Shown piece by piece: positions 9,805 through 22,204 of a DNA stretch of 64,000 bases; the first letter of the stretch is position 1, and the number at the start of each line of letters is the position of its first letter. Location of the stretch: NCBI GenBank assembly GCA_963820525.1, contig CAWGAA010000001.1, forward strand, positions 704,001-768,000, in the 5' to 3' direction. A model generated the notes under the pieces. It saw only the letters and a program-made list of their open reading frames with translations. It was not told where the DNA came from and searched no databases. The position numbers and the translations under genes were made by a program. This DNA is from an uncultured Spirochaetota bacterium. GTDB taxonomy: Bacteria; Spirochaetota; Spirochaetia; SZUA-6; Fen-1364.

Positions 9805-11967
9805 AGTTAAGAGCAAATCGAAAGTATGCATAACAAGTCGTTGAAGCCGACCCCTTAAATTGCGTGTGGAGAGTGGGGCCTACGCTCCGTAAAAACGGCC
9901 AAGGCTGATTTTATTCGGCGGGGCGGCTTAACTCCATGTTATCTCCATCTAGATTTATATTGATTAGCAAATAAGCAACCAATTATTAATTCAAGAATAT
10001 TGGATAGGACGTTTTTCAATAGCATGCTTCCCCATGATGGCGTTGGCATTGGGCGGGAAGGATGGCTGTGTTGTACTAGTTTGCCTGCTTGTTTTTAGGT
10101 TCAATACACTGCGCGTCACCTTGGCTTATTGTCACCGATTACATTATAGGGCTCGGATTAAGCTCTTTTAATTGATTCGATTGCTCTTTTTCTGTTTTCC
10201 TCAACGCCATCATACTGGATGGAGATAACATGTCGTTGCAGCTGACCGCCCAAGCTACGCGCCTTCACTTGAAACTACGCGCGCTCAGGTATTTCCTTTT
10301 GTTGAGTCGGGGCGGCAGCTGAACTCCTCGTTATATCCATCTAGAATTATATTGATTAGTGAAGAAGCATCGGATTATTAATTCGATAATAATAAAATAC
10401 GTTTTTCAATTGCCTGTTTGCCTATGATGGCGTTGGCATTGCTCTGGAAGGATGGCGGTGTTGTACTACATTGCTTGCTTGTCTTTAGTTTCAAGGCATG
10501 GCACGTCACCTTGGCATATGTCACCGATTACATTCTACGGCTCGGATCAAGCTCTTTCAATTGATTCGATAGGTCTTTTCTGTTTTCCTCAACGCCATCA
10601 TACTGGATGGATATAACATGTCGTTGCAGCTGACCGCCCATGCTACGCGTCGTCACTTGAAATTACGCGTGCTCAAGTATTTCCTTTTGTTGAGTCGGGG
10701 CGGCAGCTGAACTCATTGTTATATCCATCTAGATTTATATTGATTAGCAAATAATCAACGAATTATTAATTCAAGAATAGAAGATAAGACGCCTTTCAAT
10801 AGCTTGCTTGCCCATTATGGCGTTGGCATTGTTCTGCAAGGATAGCGGTGTTGTACTACATTGGTTGCTTGTCTTTAGTTTCAATTTATGGCACGTCACC
10901 TTGGCTAATTGTCACCGATTACATTCAACGGCTCGGATCAAGCTCTTTTAATTGATTCGATAGATCTTTTCTGCTTTCCTCAACGCCATCATACTGGATG
11001 GATATAACATGCTGTTGGAGTTGACCGCCTAGGCTACGCTTCGTTACTAATAACTACGCTAGCTGAAGTATTTGTACTTGGCTGATTCGGGGCGGCAACT
11101 CAACAGCGTCGTTACATCCACGCTAATAATTTCTTTGAGAGAATATTTTGCCTATTCTGTTTTGAATTATTCAAAGCAAATAAAGAATTCGATTTAACAA
11201 TCTTGCAGGTTTTACTTTGTTGAATTCCTCTGATACTTTTGCGCGGGCCATGTAAGTTCCCATTGGAACAGCTCGCGCCCATTAGCTGAAAGGGCATTAT
11301 CAACTTTTAACATCATTTTCTTTAGCTATGCCCGAATTCTATCATCAATCAACTAACCTTATATTTTCTTCATATCGTGAAGCTTCTTTGCTGGCCCGCG
11401 CATATTGTTCTGTTTCCGCGTAGATGTAACATGCGGTTGGAGCAGACCGCTTGGACTGCTAGTCGTTACTGATTCTTCCTCGTGTTAAATCAAATGAACC
11501 TATATGATGCGGCGCGGCTGCTCAACCGCGTCGTTATATCCATCTAGAATTATATTGATTAGTGAAGAAGCATCGGATTATTAATTCGATAATAATAAAA
11601 TACGTTTTTCAATTGCCTGTTTGCCTATGATGGCGTTGGCATTGCTCTGGAAGGATGGCGGTGTTGTACTACATTGCTTGCTTGTCTTTAGTTTCAAGGC
11701 ATGGCACGTCACCTTGGCATATGTCACCGATTACATTCTACGGCTCGGATCAAGCTCTTTCAATTGATTCGATAGGTCTTTTCTGTTTTCCTCAACGCCA
11801 TCATACTGGATGGATATAACATGTCGTTGCAGCTGACCGCCCATGCTACGCGTCGTCACTTGAAATTACGCGTGCTCAAGTATTTCCTTTTGTTGAGTCG
11901 GGGCGGCAGCTGAACTCATTGTTGGATGGCGCTTCGACAACAGGCCTTCTTGCGGTAGACTGATGCC

Positions 11968-12816
11968 ATGAAGAAAGCAAACGAAACAAGCGCTGCGGAA
12001 GCATTCGCTCTTGTTCTTTCAGCAATCAACAACAAGGTGTACCGTCTGCTCGATTCACCCGACGAGAAGAATAGGGTCACTTCCGACATTGATTATGTAT
12101 ATGCATCCGCCTCTGGCAGAGGGTCTCATGTGGCGGCTGAGCATACAATCGTTGAATCCTTTGAGGGACAGCTTGCTTACGTCAACCAATCTTTTGATGT
12201 CGCGGCCGAGATCAATACTATTTGCAAGGGCAAGATCCCCCCAGACCGATATTTCTTCCTGGCCATACCAGATCTCCTTGTTAGATCGCTAGACAGACCG
12301 AGACGAACCGCCTTTGTCGAACATATTTCTTCAGTCATTGCCAAGGAATGCTTGCATCTACAAGAGGACGGGCACACCAAAATACCGTTCAATGAACATG
12401 ATATCTGGCTGATGTGCCGAGGCAGTCATCCAGAAATGAACGGGAATGTCTTTCGAATCCCCAAGGCGCCGGAAGAGGGAGATACCTTACAGCGCCAGAG
12501 ACTTGCTCGCGCTCTTACGATGAAGTTGCCCAACCTATGCAAGTATAAGCTCAAGGGCTTCACAACGGCTCTGCTGCTTGAAGATATTTCTGGGGGCCTC
12601 TCCAACATCGGTTTCCATGGCCGATCGATAAAAGTTCTGCATCGGATTGCGATACGGTTTTTCGTAAACTATGTCGTTGTCTTTGCATCCAACAATCAGC
12701 GTATGATAGTCGGCAATGTCTGGAAGGAAAACGGAAGGTGGTATGGAAACGTTCCCTATGCTAGAAGATTCCATTTCACTTACGATATAACTGGTAAAAT
12801 GCAGATTGGCACTTAG
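11968..12816 (+). CDS. Hypothetical protein (possible nuclease-like fold)
   Basis: 282-aa ORF filling cassette 11921-12855; duplicated at 7185. Confidence 0.75.
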   Translation: MKKANETSAAEAFALVLSAINNKVYRLLDSPDEKNRVTSDIDYVYASASGRGSHVAAEHTIVESFEGQLAYVNQSFDVAAEINTICKGKIPPDRYFFLAIPDLLVRSLDRPRRTAFVEHISSVIAKECLHLQEDGHTKIPFNEHDIWLMCRGSHPEMNGNVFRIPKAPEEGDTLQRQRLARALTMKLPNLCKYKLKGFTTALLLEDISGGLSNIGFHGRSIKVLHRIAIRFFVNYVVVFASNNQRMIVGNVWKENGRWYGNVPYARRFHFTYDITGKMQIGT

Positions 12817-12956
12817 GTATCAACAGAGCGGCCTTTCGGAGATGCGCCATCCAACAAGTCGTTGCAGCTGACGCCTAAGATTTCGTCTGAAAGATACAGC
12901 TCTGTTTCATAGAACCGTCGGGGCTGTGGTGACTCGGCGGCGCAGCTGAACTCCTT

Positions 12957-13128
12957 GTTAGGCGCAAGCATATTTGCTTATCAAGATATCTCTTTGATTG
13001 GAAAAAGGATTTTGCATAAGAAGACGTGGATAGGAGATATCAAAGAACGCGGGCCTTTCTGGCTTGCCCCTAGTAATCAGTAGATGCTACCACTCGCGTT
13101 CAGTCGGCCCGCTATGCTTCCGCCTAAC
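12957..13128 (+). other. Short (172 bp) gene-less cassette with the family-B motif triad
   Basis: GAACGCGGG 13045-13053, CTCGCGTTC 13093-13101, GGCCCGC 13106-13112; bounded by attC sites. Confidence 0.8.
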
Positions 13129-13278
13129 ATTTCGTTGCAGCTGACCGCCCAAGCTACGCGTCGTTACCGCAAACTACGCTCACTTACGGATTTGTTTATT
13201 CTCATGCGGGGCGGCAGCTGAACTCTGTGTTAGATGGCTTTTCTTTATTGTATTTAATTTCAACAATAGGATACATCC

Positions 13279-14403
13279 ATGATTATTAGTGATTTTTATT
13301 CATTACCACGTCATTTTATTAGTGATTTATATGATCTTTCAACTTTCATAACTTCACCACGTAGTTTTTTCCAAAAAATTAGCAAAGAATCCACTCCGTC
13401 AACAGTTCGTCGCCTCTTCCTCTATGGATTTACTTTTGACTTATTAATATTTGTATTTCTTTTCCCAATGCTTTATGGAAAATCAAGTATCTCAATTTAT
13501 CATATATTAATGCTTGGCACATTAGAAACTTTATTAGCTATTTTTCCAGGACTAATCTTTTATTTAGCAACCAGATTTCTTTCAATAAAACCTAGCCTTA
13601 AGGTTGTAATTTCTTGTGCAGTTACTTGTAAATTTTTGTTTCTTATTCCTACCGTTTTATTTTTTGTATTTTATATCTATAGCGAAAGTATATTAGTTTT
13701 AATCTTAAGAAGTATTTTCGCTGCTATTGGAGCATTGAGCATCCCTTTGGCATGCCCATTTCTCGTCTCTCCATCTTCAAAGAGAAGACTTTTAGTCGCA
13801 CTGTTATCTCTTCTGCTTCTTTTTGGTTTTCGTTTAGGATTTGCCTCTCTCTTAATTAATGGAAGATCATATATTGCTGAACGCTTAATGATATTTACAT
13901 TAGCATATGATCCAGTTGGAAATGAACTAGACAAATTACCTGCTAAAGATCTGCTAGAATCATATAATATGACAGATTTATTGTACTATCAGAAACAAGT
14001 TCTTGCATCATTACGTCAGGAAGGTTCTAAAGTTTATATTAATCAAAAGAATTATAATGATAGCAGCAAGAACCTAAATAATGAATATTCAAAAATCGAT
14101 AAATACGTTCAGGATAGAATATCTTCTCTAATGCAAAAAATTGCAGATGCTAAATTCATAACAACAATTGAGCTATTAAAAGCTGATGTATCTTCTCTAA
14201 AAACTCTATCTGATTTCAATAAATATAGAATCGTTGAGTCAATTACTGATGAAAGTGATCTGCTAAATTTGATGAAGAATATGAATAATGTACAAATCCA
14301 TCTACACGATTATTATGAATCAAATAAGGTTTTTCAATCTATCGTTTCTTCTTCAGTTTTGCCGAGATATCAACTCAGGAGAATAGGTTTAATTATTTGG
14401 TAA
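13279..14403 (+). CDS. Multi-pass membrane protein with helical C-terminal domain
   Basis: About five hydrophobic segments in the N-terminal half; fills cassette 13229-14413. Confidence 0.75.
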   Translation: MIISDFYSLPRHFISDLYDLSTFITSPRSFFQKISKESTPSTVRRLFLYGFTFDLLIFVFLFPMLYGKSSISIYHILMLGTLETLLAIFPGLIFYLATRFLSIKPSLKVVISCAVTCKFLFLIPTVLFFVFYIYSESILVLILRSIFAAIGALSIPLACPFLVSPSSKRRLLVALLSLLLLFGFRLGFASLLINGRSYIAERLMIFTLAYDPVGNELDKLPAKDLLESYNMTDLLYYQKQVLASLRQEGSKVYINQKNYNDSSKNLNNEYSKIDKYVQDRISSLMQKIADAKFITTIELLKADVSSLKTLSDFNKYRIVESITDESDLLNLMKNMNNVQIHLHDYYESNKVFQSIVSSSVLPRYQLRRIGLIIW

Positions 14404-16265
14404 GCCATCTAACATGCTGTTGGAGTTGACCCCTTAGGCTACGTTTGGAAAGTACAGCATATGTTGCTAAACCGCTGCTACCCTGCTTCGGGCGGTGGGG
14501 CAACTCAACAGCGTCGTTACATGCAACGCTAAGAAATATCTTATTGAAGATTCCATATGGCTGCTTAGGATTACTCAAGATAAATGAAGACTATTCGATT
14601 CAGCTGCATATGCTACCTTGTTGAATTCTTGTCTTACTTTTGCGCGGGCCATGTAAGTTCCTATTGGAACAGCTCGCGCCCATTAGCTGAAAGGGCATTA
14701 TTAACCTTTCCTGCATCATTTTCTTTCGCTTTGCCTGAATTCTATCATCAATCAACTAACCTTAGATTTCCTTCATATCTTGAAGCTTCTTTGTTGGCCC
14801 GCGCATATTGTTCTGTTTCCGCGTAGATGTAACATTCGGTTGGAGCAGACCGCTTAGCCTACGCTTCGTTACTTATTCCTACGTGTGTTAAAGCAATTGT
14901 ACCTGTATTATGCGGCGCGGCTGCTCAACCGGGCGTTATATCCAATCAGATTTATGGTGATTAGCAATGAATTAAAGAATTATTAATTCAATAATATTTG
15001 ATAAGAGGTTTTTCAATAACTTGCTTTCCCATGATGGCGTTGTCATTGCTCTGGAAGATTGGCGGTGTTGTACTACATTTCCTGCTTATTGCTAGCTTCA
15101 ATACACTGCACGTCACCTTGGCGTATTATCACCGATTACATTCAACGACTCGGATCAAGTTCATTTAATTGATTCGATAGCATTTTTTCTGCTTTCCTCA
15201 ACGCCATCATACTGGATGGATATAACATGCTGTTGGAGTTGTCCGCCTAGGTTACGCGTCGCTACTGATAGCTACGCGCGTTGAAGTTCTTGTACTTGGA
15301 TGATTCGGGGCGGCAACTCAACAGCGTCGTTATATCCACGCTAAAGAAATTCTTTGTGAGAATATTTTGCTTCTTCTGTTTTGAATTACTCAAAGCAAAT
15401 GAAGAATTCTCTTTCACAATCTTGCGGGTTTTACCTTGTTGAATTCTTTTGATACCTGTGCGCGGGCCATCTACGTTCCTGTTGGAACAGCTCGCGCATG
15501 TTAGCCAAAGGGGCATTAATTACCTTTTTTAGCATCACTTTCTTTCGCTTTTCCTGAATTCTATCATCAATCAACTAACCTGATATTTTATCCATATCGT
15601 GAAGCTTGTCCTTCGGCCCGCGCATATTGGTCTGTTTCCGCGTAGATATAACATGCTGTTGGAGTTGACCGCCTAGGCTACGCTTCATTACCAATAGCTA
15701 CGGGCGGTAAAGCATTTTGTACTTGGATGATTCGGGGCGGCAACTCAACAGCGTCGTTATATCCATCTTGATTTATATTGATTAGTGAAGAAGCATAGGA
15801 TTATTAATTCGATAATAATAAAAGACGTTTTTCAATTGCCTATTTGCCTATGATGGCGTTGACATTGCTCTGTAAGGATGGCGGTGTTGTACTACATTGC
15901 TTGCTTTTCTTTAGTTTCAATACATGGCACGTCACCTCGGCTTGCCAACACCGATTGCATTCAACGGCTCGGATCAAGCTCCTTCAATTGATTCGATAGA
16001 TCTTTTCTGCTATCCTCAACGCCATCATACTGGATGGATATAACATGCTGTTGGAGTTGTCCGCCTAGGCTACGCGTCGTTACCAATAGCTACGCGCATT
16101 GAAGTCTTGGTACTTGGATGATTCGGGGCGGCAACTCAACAGCGTCGTTATGTCTCTCTATTTTTGGATAACGGGCGCTGTAAGGTATACTCACTGGCAG
16201 CATCCCAGATTACCACTTGCAGAACATCAGTCGTGGTGGTAAGTTTATATTGAAAGGAGAGATCT

Positions 16266-17120
16266 GTGAGATTCAACATCGTTAGTCTATCAATCATTCT
16301 ATCAATCTTTGCAACATCCACATGGGCACAGACCAACGTTGAGACTTATGGGGTCACCTATAGGACAATAGATGGCAAAGAGCTTCAAATGGATATTCAG
16401 AGGCCTCAACCTGTGGGTGTTCCGAAACCAGTAATCGTATTTCTTTGCGGTAACGGCTGGGGATATGAGAGGACTATAAACCGCGAATCATTCTGGTATG
16501 CTCTGGACCTTGCTAATGAACATGGATATGTCGCAGTCACCGTAGACTACAGCTCATCAGCGCAGAACTCCAACGGCAGGCCAATTGGAACTTTTCCGTC
16601 CCAAATCTATGACGTTAAAAGTGCTATACGCTTTCTGAAGGCAAATGCAAAGCAGTACGATATCGATCCAACTCGGATTGGAGTCATTGGCTTCTCATCA
16701 GGAGGAAACTTGGCGCTGCTACTCGCGCTTACGCTTCCGGCAGATGGACTCGAGGGGCATGACGACTATCTCCAGTATTCCAGCTCAGTGCAAGCCGTTG
16801 TCAATCTTTCGGGGGCAACAGATCTAGTTAGTTGGAATAAAGAGCCATTTGTCAGTGCATATTTGGGAGGCTCTCTTCAGGCAAAGCCAGAACAATACAA
16901 GAGAGCTAGTCCCATCAACTATGTGAAGCCAGGCATGGCGCCGGTCTTAACCATCCATGGGGAAAAGGATATGATTGTCTCCCCCGATCAGGCACGGATG
17001 CTTGACGCGCGAATGAAAGAAGTGGGCGCGTCTCACACTTTGATTATTAAAAGTGACTTAGGTCATAATGATGAGATTGATCAGAATGTATGGGATTTCT
17101 TGGAGAAAGCTCTAAAATAA
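16266..17120 (+). CDS. Exported alpha/beta hydrolase (esterase/lipase)
   Basis: Signal peptide; GFSSGG nucleophile elbow; HGEKD and GH catalytic motifs; AAGGAG RBS. Confidence 0.88.
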   Translation: MRFNIVSLSIILSIFATSTWAQTNVETYGVTYRTIDGKELQMDIQRPQPVGVPKPVIVFLCGNGWGYERTINRESFWYALDLANEHGYVAVTVDYSSSAQNSNGRPIGTFPSQIYDVKSAIRFLKANAKQYDIDPTRIGVIGFSSGGNLALLLALTLPADGLEGHDDYLQYSSSVQAVVNLSGATDLVSWNKEPFVSAYLGGSLQAKPEQYKRASPINYVKPGMAPVLTIHGEKDMIVSPDQARMLDARMKEVGASHTLIIKSDLGHNDEIDQNVWDFLEKALK

Positions 17121-17795
17121 CTTATCGGCGTAAAAGGACGAAAATTCAGCCAGGAGAGACATAACATGCTGTTGGAGCAGACCGCTTAGGCTACGCGTCG
17201 TTACTAATTCATACGTGTGCTAAAGTAATTGTACCTGTATGATGCTGCGCGGCTGCTCAACAGCGTCGTTATATCCATCTCAATTTAAATTGATTATCAA
17301 TAAAGCATTGAATTATTAATTCAATAATATAGGATAAGACGCTTTTCAATTTCATATTTGCCCATGATGGCGTTGGCATTGTTCTGGAAGGATGGCGGTG
17401 TTGTACTACATTGCCTGCTTGTCTTTAGTTTTATTGCATGGCACGTCACCTTGGCTTATTGTCACCGATTACATTCTACGGCTCGGATCAAGCTCTTTCA
17501 ATTGATTCGATAGATCTTTTCTGCTTTCCTCAACGCCATCATACTGGATGGATATAACCAGTCGTTGCAGCTGACCGCCTAGGCTACGCGGCGTTAGTGA
17601 AAACTACGCGTGCTCAATCATCTGTTCTTTCCTGATTCGGGGCGGCAGCTGAACTCCATGTTATGTCTCTCTTTTATTGGCTATCAAGTTTTGCAATAAA
17701 TAATCATTCCTGTCGGCCGCGTTGACTACCGAGAAGACCGCTGATAGACTTCCTATACATCGCAGCCGCAGGCGTCCCAGGAAAAGGAGAGATGC

Positions 17796-18650
17796 ATGAA
17801 AACTATCATCATAGGCTTGGCTTTCATTCTGTCCATCTCGGTTGCCTCACTACAAGCGCAGTCCTATGTAGAAATGTATGGGGTCACTTACAGGAACATC
17901 AGTGGCAGAGAACTTCAAATGGACATTCAGAAACCTCAGCCCGTAGGCATTCCGAAGCCGGCAGTTGTGTTTCTTTGCGGGAATGGTTTTGGATACTATA
18001 GGACTTTGAACCGAGAGCAATTCTGGTACGCACTGGACCTGGCTAATGAACACGGATATGTCGCAATTACTGTTGACTATAGTTCGTCAATGCAGAACTC
18101 CAACGGCCGTCCTATCGGGACTTTCCCGGCCCAGATCTATGACGTAAAGAGCGCTATACGGTTTCTCAGGGCAAATGCAAGCGAGTATGACATTGATCCA
18201 ACGCGCATTACGGTCGTTGGCTTCTCATCGGGAGGAAGTTTGGCGTTGCTGCTCGGGCTTACGGTTCCGGCAGATGGACTTGAAGGGCAGGACGACAATC
18301 TCCAGTACTCCAGCTCGGTGAAAGCCGTTGTCAATCTGTCTGGGCCAACTGACTTCGTCAGCCTGAGCAAGGAGCCATATGTCATCGCGTATTTAGGTGG
18401 CTCTCTTCAGGCAAATCCAGAGCAGTACAAAGCGGCCAGTCCCATCAATTATGTCAAATCGGGTACACCACCGGTTCTAACTATGCATGGGCAAAACGAC
18501 ACTTTTGTCTCCCCTGATCAGGCACGGATTCTTGATGCACGAATGAAAGAAGTGGGAGCTACTCATACTTTGATAATTAAAAAAGGGCTTGGACATACTT
18601 ACGATATCGATCAAAACGTTTGGGATTTCTTGGAGAAAGCACTCAAGTGA
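17796..18650 (+). CDS. Exported alpha/beta hydrolase, paralogue of 16266-17120
   Basis: Same length and motifs (GFSSGG, HGQND, GH); AAGGAG RBS. Confidence 0.88.
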   Translation: MKTIIIGLAFILSISVASLQAQSYVEMYGVTYRNISGRELQMDIQKPQPVGIPKPAVVFLCGNGFGYYRTLNREQFWYALDLANEHGYVAITVDYSSSMQNSNGRPIGTFPAQIYDVKSAIRFLRANASEYDIDPTRITVVGFSSGGSLALLLGLTVPADGLEGQDDNLQYSSSVKAVVNLSGPTDFVSLSKEPYVIAYLGGSLQANPEQYKAASPINYVKSGTPPVLTMHGQNDTFVSPDQARILDARMKEVGATHTLIIKKGLGHTYDIDQNVWDFLEKALK

Positions 18651-20014
18651 TTGGTGGTGTAAAAAATCACAACTAGAGTGAGAGAGACATAACATGCGGT
18701 TGAAGTAGACCGCGAAGCTCCCTCTTATCAATTTCAACTGTATTCTGATTTCATTATAGTTGACTACTACATCGGCGCGGCTACTTAACCGCGTCGTTAT
18801 ATCCAACCAGATTCATATTGATTAGCAATGATTTAAGGAATCCTTAATTCAATAATCTTGGATAAGATGTTTTTCAATTGATTGCTTTCCCATGATGGCG
18901 TTGGCATTGTTCTGGAAGGATGGCGGTGTTGTACTACATTTGGTTTCTTATTTTTAGTTTCAAAGTATGGCACGTCACCTTGGCTTATTATCACCGATTA
19001 CATTATAAGGCTCTGATCAAGTCATTTCGATTGATACGATGAATCTTCTTCTGCTTTCCTACAACGCCATCATACTTGGTGGATATAACATGCTGTTGGA
19101 GTTGTCCGCCTAGGCTACGCTTCGTTACAAATAACTACGCACGGTAAAGCCGATTGTACTTGGATGATTCGGGGCGGCAACTCAACAGCGTCGTTATATC
19201 CATCTAGATTTATATTGATTAGCAAATATGGAACGAATTATTAATTCAAGAATAGAAGATAAGACGTTTTTCAATAGCTTGATTTCCCATGATGGCGTTG
19301 GTATTTGGCGGGAAGGTTGGCGGTGTTGTATTACCTTGCCTGCTTTTCTTTAGTTTCAATACATGGCGCGTCACCTTGGCTTTCTAACACCGATTACATT
19401 CAACGGCTCTGATCAAGCTCTTTCAATTGATACGATAGATCCTTTCTGTTTTCCTCAACGCCATCATACTGGATGGATATAACATGCGGTTGGAGTTGTC
19501 CGCCTAGGCTACGAGTCGTTACATTTTGCTTCACTTGCTAGGGTTCCTTCGGTTGCTGATTCGGGGCGGCAACTCAACCGCGTCGTTATCTCCATCTCAA
19601 TTTATCTTGATTAGAAATGAAGCAACGAATTAATAATTCAATAATATAGGATAAGATGTTTTTCAATTTCATGTTTGCCCATGATGGCGTTGGCATTGTT
19701 CTGGAAGGATGGCGGTGTTGTACTACATTTGGTTGCTTGTTTTTAATTTCAATGAATGGCACGTCACCTTGGCTTATTGTCACCGTTTACATTCAACGGC
19801 TCTGATCAAGCTCTTTCAATTGATTCGCTAAAATCTTTTCTGTTTTCCTCAACGCCATCATACTGGATGGAGATAACATGTCGTTGCAGCTGACCGCCCA
19901 GGCTACGCTTCGTCACTTTAATTACGCGTGCTCAAGTATTTGTTTTTTCTTGATTCGGGGCGGCAGCTGAACTCCTTGTTACGCGCTCATAAATTAAACA
20001 CATTGTGAAAATAG

Positions 20015-20707
20015 ATGAGTATTGCAATCTTTGCATTCATAAAAATAGACAATAATTTGAGCCATCTTGAGTTCTTTCAAGAAGGTCGTCTATTTATGCG
20101 GACGCTAAGGTATTTCAAGAATTATGAAGACAAATGCCTTCATGGTCGTGGTGATAAACTTGAAGGAAGTATAGGTGTTTTTCAGCCCTCTCAAGTTAAA
20201 TTAGAACTCAATGGAATTCCACTAAATTCATTTCAATTTCAGGATCAAATAATTGTTCATAGTGAAAGCCTTCTCGAAAAGCATACCTTTTGTCTTATAA
20301 CATCATATATAAATGACGAAAGTCCGATGATTTCAGATGAAAAGTCTAAACACTTCAAACTTGATTCTAAAAACTACAAATTTGGCGGGTGGCTTCTTAT
20401 CATCAGAGATCCACAAGAATTTCTTAACAGAGTAAAACAATCTTTTAAGCAGCAACATATCATTTATCGAATTGGAATGGTTAAATATTATAACTTCGTT
20501 GAAACTAATACAATGTTTGATGACATTGAGACAGGCTTTCAAAAACCGTTTGAGTTCAGCCATCAAAATGAATTCCGAATTTTAATAGACTCTCCTATTA
20601 TTGATGAACAGTGCATAATTGTAAAAATTCCCTCTATAAAGGATATATCACTGATCATAAAAACTGATGAATTGAATGATCATCTTCATCTAAATATGAA
20701 TCAGTGA
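20015..20707 (+). CDS. Hypothetical protein, homologue of 30986-31615
   Basis: Fills cassette 19978-20716. Shared motifs RGD, FG..L....PQEF.NR, K...F..Q.E.R. Confidence 0.75.
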   Translation: MSIAIFAFIKIDNNLSHLEFFQEGRLFMRTLRYFKNYEDKCLHGRGDKLEGSIGVFQPSQVKLELNGIPLNSFQFQDQIIVHSESLLEKHTFCLITSYINDESPMISDEKSKHFKLDSKNYKFGGWLLIIRDPQEFLNRVKQSFKQQHIIYRIGMVKYYNFVETNTMFDDIETGFQKPFEFSHQNEFRILIDSPIIDEQCIIVKIPSIKDISLIIKTDELNDHLHLNMNQ

Positions 20708-21721
20708 GCGCGTAACATGCTGTTGGAGTTGACCCCTAGAATCTTAGTTTGAACTGCTACTTCCCTCTCGGACTCTACTGTAGCTTGTCCCTTCGGGCGG
20801 CGGGGCAACTCAACAGCGTCGTTACATGCAACGCTAAGAAATATCTTATTGAAGATTCCATATGGCTGCTTAGGATTACTCAAGATAAATGAAGACTATT
20901 CGATTCAGCTGCATATGCTACCTTGTTGAATTCTTGTCTTACTTTTGCGCGGGCCATGTAAGTTCCTATTGGAACAGCTCGCGCCCATTAGCTGAAAGGG
21001 CATTATTAACCTTTCCTGCATCATTTTCTTTCGCTTTGCCTGAATTCTATCATCAATCAACTAACCTTAGATTTCCTTCATATCTTGAAGCTTCTTTGTT
21101 GGCCCGCGCATATTGTTCTGTTTCCGCGTAGATGTAACATTCGGTTGGAGCAGACCGCTTAGCCTACGCTTCGTTACTTATTCCTACGTGTGTTAAAGCA
21201 ATTGTACCTGTATTATGCGGCGCGGCTGCTCAACCGGGCGTTACATTCAACGCTAAGAATTCTTTTGTAGGAAGATTCCCTTTGTTTTTCTATTATAACT
21301 CAAGATAAATGAAGACTATTCAATTTAGCTATATTGCATATTTTACCTCGTTGAATTCTTGTCTTACTTTTACGCGGGCCATGTAAGTTCCCATTGGAAC
21401 AGCTCGCGCTCATTAGCTGAAAGGGCGTTATTAACCTTTCTGGAATCGTATTCTTTCGCTATTGGTTGAATTCTATCATCAATCAATCAACCTTGTATTT
21501 CGTTCATATCTTAGACTTCTCTGTTGGCCCGCGCATATTGTTTTGTTTCCGCGTGGATGTAACATTCGGTTGGAGCAGACCGCTTGGGCTACGCATCGTT
21601 ACTAATTGCTACGCTTGCTAAAATAATTGTACCTAGATGATTCGGCGCGGCTGCTCAACCGTGCGTTAGGTGGCTATATGCATTTCGATAGAGGGCTTGG
21701 TCAATTCGGCCTTGTGCCGTT

Positions 21722-22204
21722 ATGGAGGTAGGCATGCCTTTCAACAGTATTGTTGGGCAGTACCTAAAAAACTGCGTGAACGGTCAATTTGATTTTCTCC
21801 AGACCGACAGTCTTGCCAAGAAGAATGCCTTCCCTGATGACTATGGGGTCTACCTAATTCAGGATGCCATAAGCAAGCAATTCCTGTACGTTGGTAAGTC
21901 GGGCACAATCTACAACAACTACAATTGCGACAGTGGATTTGGCAACAAGTCTATCTTTGACCTCCCTAATCAAACGTTAAGGGCGCGCATTCAGGCAAAA
22001 CATTCAAAGTCGGAAACTCGCGAGCAGTTTTACAAAAGAATAATGAATCGTGATAAAATAGCAAAGCTCATCTTCATCTACTTCATCACGATGACAAAAG
22101 CCAGTCATCAAGGGATCAAGTATCCATTTGAGGCAGAGGCCGAGCTACTTTCAGCATTTATACGCCAGTTCGGAAACCTTCCGGAGTGGAACAAATCCGC
22201 ATAA
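21722..22204 (+). CDS. GIY-YIG-like nuclease domain protein
   Basis: YGVYLI...FLYVGKSG...LRARI...EAELL...LPEWN. Confidence 0.6.
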   Translation: MEVGMPFNSIVGQYLKNCVNGQFDFLQTDSLAKKNAFPDDYGVYLIQDAISKQFLYVGKSGTIYNNYNCDSGFGNKSIFDLPNQTLRARIQAKHSKSETREQFYKRIMNRDKIAKLIFIYFITMTKASHQGIKYPFEAEAELLSAFIRQFGNLPEWNKSA

